Shown here in pieces: positions 57,524 to 60,682 of a stretch of DNA of 60,682 nt. Each line of letters starts with the position of its first letter. Positions within the stretch are counted from its first letter, which is position 1. Location: NCBI GenBank assembly GCA_016199265.1, contig JACQGX010000063.1, forward strand, positions 1 through 60,682. The letters run 5' to 3'. The stretch is from Chloroflexota bacterium (GTDB taxonomy: Bacteria; Chloroflexota; UBA11872; UBA12225). Made by a program: the position numbers and the translations under genes. Under the pieces are notes generated by a model. It was not told the origin of the DNA. It did not search any database and was given only the letters and a program-made list of their open reading frames with translations.

Positions 57524-58375
57524 CTATAACGACAGATCGGCCGAATTCGTGAGCGCTGGGTCTTGGCTCGACCGGTGGTAGTACTCCCGCCACAACTCGG
57601 GCAGCCTGTTCCCGAGCACCTCCAGCGCGTTGCGCCACAGGATGCGCGCCAGATCGGCCTCGGGCAGCGGCGCCGCCAGCGCTTTTGCGAGCTGCGACGG
57701 GATCGAACGGCCGGCGACGTCGGTGCCGAAGACGATGCGCCCGGCGCCGACGCTGCGGAGCGCCACCTCCATGTAGCCGCCCGAGGCCTCGCCGCCGCCG
57801 ATGTCGAGCCACACGTTATCCACCTGTTTCAACGCGGCGCAGCCCCACTCCCAATCGCCGCCCGTGTGGCCGCCGAAGAACTTCACTCGCGGGTGACGCC
57901 GGGCCAGCGCGACGAGGTCTTCTGGCGTCGATTCTCCCGGCAGATTGGCTGATCCCGGTCCGCCCGGCCCCACCTTTACCCACGTGTGTTGCAGCACCGG
58001 AACGTCGTGCGCCGCGCAGAACTCCATCAGCGGATCGAGCCGGCGATCGCTGCACCGCACGGCGACCCACAGCTTGAGCGCCGCGAAGTGGCGTGCGTCG
58101 CCGGCCAGGCGCCGCTCCATCTCGGCGAGTGCCTCGCGACCGTGCTCCGGATTGACGTAACAGTAGCCGATCACTCGTTCTGGGCACCGTCGCGCCAGAT
58201 CGGCGCACAGGTCGTTGCCTTCGCGCCAGTGCTCCACGCTCGGCACCGGCTTCCACCCCTCCGTCCGCGAGCCCAGATGCGCCAGCACGACACGCGAATC
58301 GAAGCGTTCGAGCGCGGCGACGTAGTCGTCGAAAGTAATGCCCACCGGCTCATGGGCGTGGATGTCGAGCAGCAT
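57524..58375 (-). CDS. Amidohydrolase_2 family protein
   Basis: DIHAH, VLQH, GHTGG, FGTD, ILWRNA. Confidence 0.9.
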   Translation of the reverse strand: MLLDIHAHEPVGITFDDYVAALERFDSRVVLAHLGSRTEGWKPVPSVEHWREGNDLCADLARRCPERVIGYCYVNPEHGREALAEMERRLAGDARHFAALKLWVAVRCSDRRLDPLMEFCAAHDVPVLQHTWVKVGPGGPGSANLPGESTPEDLVALARRHPRVKFFGGHTGGDWEWGCAALKQVDNVWLDIGGGEASGGYMEVALRSVGAGRIVFGTDVAGRSIPSQLAKALAAPLPEADLARILWRNALEVLGNRLPELWREYYHRSSQDPALTNSADLSL

Positions 58376-58602
58376 GGCTGTGAGGCTACCGGTTGACCTC
58401 GGCGGCAATCTCGTTGCCCGTTTTCTGACTGTGACGGTGCATCTCGTCCCAGCCGGCGAAGAAATACCATGCCAGGTGCCGCTGGGCAAACATCGTGAAC
58501 GTCACCGTGTGGATGCCGGCGCGCGAGAGCGCCATCGCCCACGGGAGCTGTGTCGGATCGGTGCCGTGCGCGGCGCCCATGTAATCCTGACCGGCATGCA
58601 TC

Positions 58603-58956
58603 TTACCCGCCGGCAACGTTAGAGTCGGCGGCTCTCATACTGGCGGCACGCTGCCTACTCTCCCTTATGAGTTCCTCCTGGAACGCGTCCATCTCCTCGT
58701 CTGTCAGCCATTCGACTTCGCCCCTCGCCTCGGCCTTTTCAAAGGCTCGAGTCATCTGTGCGTCGGTCATTTCATCCTCGAGCGCATACAGACGGCGGAG
58801 CTCGGCGAACTCGACAATCGCGGCCACCGGGCGACCATCGTCGGTGATGATCACCGGCAACATTGCTCGTCGCGCCCACTGTATGGCCTCGGAGAGCTGC
58901 TGCTGCAATTGTTCGATACGATGGACGCGGCTGCTTGCGCTAATAGGCGATTCCAT
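58603..58956 (-). CDS. Phd/YefM-family antitoxin (no evident toxin)
   Basis: PVIITDDGRPVAAIV...L; acidic C-terminus; GGAGG RBS. Confidence 0.75.
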   Translation of the reverse strand: MESPISASSRVHRIEQLQQQLSEAIQWARRAMLPVIITDDGRPVAAIVEFAELRRLYALEDEMTDAQMTRAFEKAEARGEVEWLTDEEMDAFQEELIRESRQRAASMRAADSNVAGG

Positions 58957-58980
58957 TGCGTGCCTCCGTCGTCGTCTTGT

Positions 58981-60543
58981 CTAAAGCGTCTCATCGCCAA
59001 CTGCCGCCGCCTCGATCGCCCGCTTCACGTCCCGCAGGAACGCGCCCGCCGGGTAGCCGTCCACGATCCGGTGGTCGAACGAAAGCGAGAGGGTGACCAG
59101 GTGGCGAATGGCGAGCTGGTCCTGGTACACGGCCGGCTTCTTGGCGATCCGCCCAACGCCGAGGATGGCGCACTGTGGTGGGTTGACGATCGGCGTAAAC
59201 GCGTCGACCTCGACCTGTCCCAGGTTGGTGATCGTGAAGGTCCCGCCCTGGAGGTCGTCGACCGAGAGACGGTTGGCGCGGGCACGCTCGGCCAGGTCGC
59301 CTAGTTCCTCCGAAATCACCTGGAGCGGCTTTTGGTCGGCGCCGCGAACGACGGGGACGATCAGCCCGCGTTCGAGCGCGACGGCGACGCCGACGTTGAT
59401 CTCGCTCCAGCAGACGATCTCCTGGACGCCGTTTGCCGCCTGCAGGCTGCTGTTGAGCAGCGGGTGCGAACGCAGCACGCGAGCGACGATCCCCACCAGC
59501 AGATCGGTATACGTCGGCGGCCGGTGACCATAGACCCGAGCTGCCGGCACGAGATGCCCGCGCAGCTCGACGAGCGCAGTGGCATCGGCTTCGGCGGTGA
59601 GCGTGAGCTGCGCGCTCTCCGCCAGCGAGCGCTGCATGCGCTCGGCGATCAGGCGGCGTATACCGTCGAGCTTGATCGTCTCGCGCGGTGTGAGCAGGCC
59701 GGGCGCGGCGACGGCCGGCACACGTGCGGCGCGTTCCTGCGCCTCGAGGGCAGCCAGCACGTCGCGCTCGATCACACGCCCTTCCGGGCCGGTACCACGG
59801 ATCGCGTGCAGCTCGATCCTATGTTCTCGCGCGAGCCGCTTGGCGATCGGCGAGGCGCGGACGTAGCCGTTTTCGATGCCGACGGCTGCGGCTTCGGCCG
59901 CCAACGTGGCAGGGGCGCGGCCGCCCTCACCCCAACCCTCTCCCAAAGGGAGAGGGGGTCTGGCCGCCGCACGGACGTCGGCTTCGACGATGCGGCCGCC
60001 TGGTCCCGTGCCGGCGATGCCGGAGAGATCCACACCGAGACCCGCTGCCAGCCGCCTGGCGATCGGAGAGGCCCGAACCTCGGCCATGGAAGAGGTGCGG
60101 TCTGCGGCAACAGCGGCGGCGGACATCCCCTCTCCCCCTGGGAATGGGCCAGGGTAAGGGCTCCTCGCCCCCTCTCCCTCCGCGAATGGGCCAGGGTGAG
60201 GGCTCCTCGCCCCCTCTCCCAGGGGGAGAGGCGGAGCCGTCACCGGTCCCTGGCCCCTGACGCCTGACCCCTGCACCACCGCTTCGACCGCCGCCTCGCT
60301 CTCGCCCTCGGCGGCGACGACGGCCATTAGGCCAACCACCGGCACCGTCTCGCCTTCGGCGGCGACGATACGGGCGAGAATACCGTCGGCCGGCGCATCG
60401 ACCTCGGCGTTGAGCTTATCGGTCTCGATCTGGGCGACCGGCTCGCCCTTGGTCACCCGATCGCCCTCGCCCGTGAGCCACCGGACGATTTTCGCCTCGG
60501 TCATCGTCATGCCCAATTGGGGCATCTTGACTGCGGTTGCCAT
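58981..60543 (-). CDS. 2-oxoacid dehydrogenase E2 (dihydrolipoamide acyltransferase)
   Basis: Lipoyl ETDK, two RASPIA..LA binding domains, GGTFTITNLG, SFDHRIVDG. Confidence 0.95.
   Translation of the reverse strand: MATAVKMPQLGMTMTEAKIVRWLTGEGDRVTKGEPVAQIETDKLNAEVDAPADGILARIVAAEGETVPVVGLMAVVAAEGESEAAVEAVVQGSGVRGQGPVTAPPLPLGEGARSPHPGPFAEGEGARSPYPGPFPGGEGMSAAAVAADRTSSMAEVRASPIARRLAAGLGVDLSGIAGTGPGGRIVEADVRAAARPPLPLGEGWGEGGRAPATLAAEAAAVGIENGYVRASPIAKRLAREHRIELHAIRGTGPEGRVIERDVLAALEAQERAARVPAVAAPGLLTPRETIKLDGIRRLIAERMQRSLAESAQLTLTAEADATALVELRGHLVPAARVYGHRPPTYTDLLVGIVARVLRSHPLLNSSLQAANGVQEIVCWSEINVGVAVALERGLIVPVVRGADQKPLQVISEELGDLAERARANRLSVDDLQGGTFTITNLGQVEVDAFTPIVNPPQCAILGVGRIAKKPAVYQDQLAIRHLVTLSLSFDHRIVDGYPAGAFLRDVKRAIEAAAVGDETL
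59925..60272. repeat. Family A palindromes (59925-59958, 60127-60235) and a heptamer run (60247-60272), in-frame in the E2 linkers
   Basis: Read as PPLPLGEGWGEG, PLPLGEGARSPHPGPFAEGEGARSPYPGPFPGGEG and QGSGVRGQG. Confidence 0.85.
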
Positions 60544-60549
60544 ACGGAA

Positions 60550-60632
60550 AGTTCCGAGTTCCGAGTTCCGAGTTCACAGGTACCCAGTCCTAGCTAGCAG
60601 CTAGGACTGGGTACCAGTGAACTCGGAACTCG
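60550..60632. repeat. Heptamer arms around a 17-bp perfect palindrome
   Basis: AGTTCCG array; GGTACCCAGTCCTAGCT-AGC-AGCTAGGACTGGGTACC; inverted GAACTCG units. Confidence 0.85.
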
Positions 60633-60639
60633 GGACCGT

Positions 60640-60682
60640 CTAGCCGAGCAGCGCCTGGACGGCCTGCACGATCTCTGTCTCG
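60640..60682 (-). CDS. 3' end of a probable 2-oxoacid dehydrogenase E1 beta subunit (partial)
   Basis: ETEIVQAVQALLG* immediately upstream of E2. Confidence 0.6.
   Translation of the reverse strand, partial: ETEIVQAVQALLG

Noticed and set aside
58386-58616. Short ORF as the toxin partner of the Phd antitoxin
   Set aside because: No PIN, RelE or Fic/Doc motifs; it is probably another gene fragment and was left uncalled.

Overview
High-GC bacterial chromosomal segment, most consistent with an uncultured Chloroflexota (inferred from gene content, RNase P and repeat style). It opens with the 3' end of an unusual 16S rRNA gene that is not linked to a 23S gene and carries a G1494U-equivalent change in the decoding site. 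A structured trailer and terminator follow, then rnpB and tRNA-Glu. Housekeeping genes include long-form ispG, xseAB, nadD-rsfS, mutS2, pheT, recJ, mobA, pgi, argC, mutM, a divergent dnaA with dnaN, and a 2-oxoacid dehydrogenase E2. There is also an ECF sigma/anti-sigma/ABC operon and an HD-GYP/PilZ c-di-GMP pair. A plasticity zone (~11.5-20.6 kb) holds fused gene fragments and internally deleted genes. The whole window is saturated with non-autonomous repeats: several REP-like palindrome families, heptamer tandem arrays and a tiny MITE-like unit. These nest inside one another, supply stop codons, and sit in-frame inside conserved enzymes. No transposase, integrase, CRISPR array or cas gene was recognised. 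All protein calls come from motif recognition by eye, without database searches.
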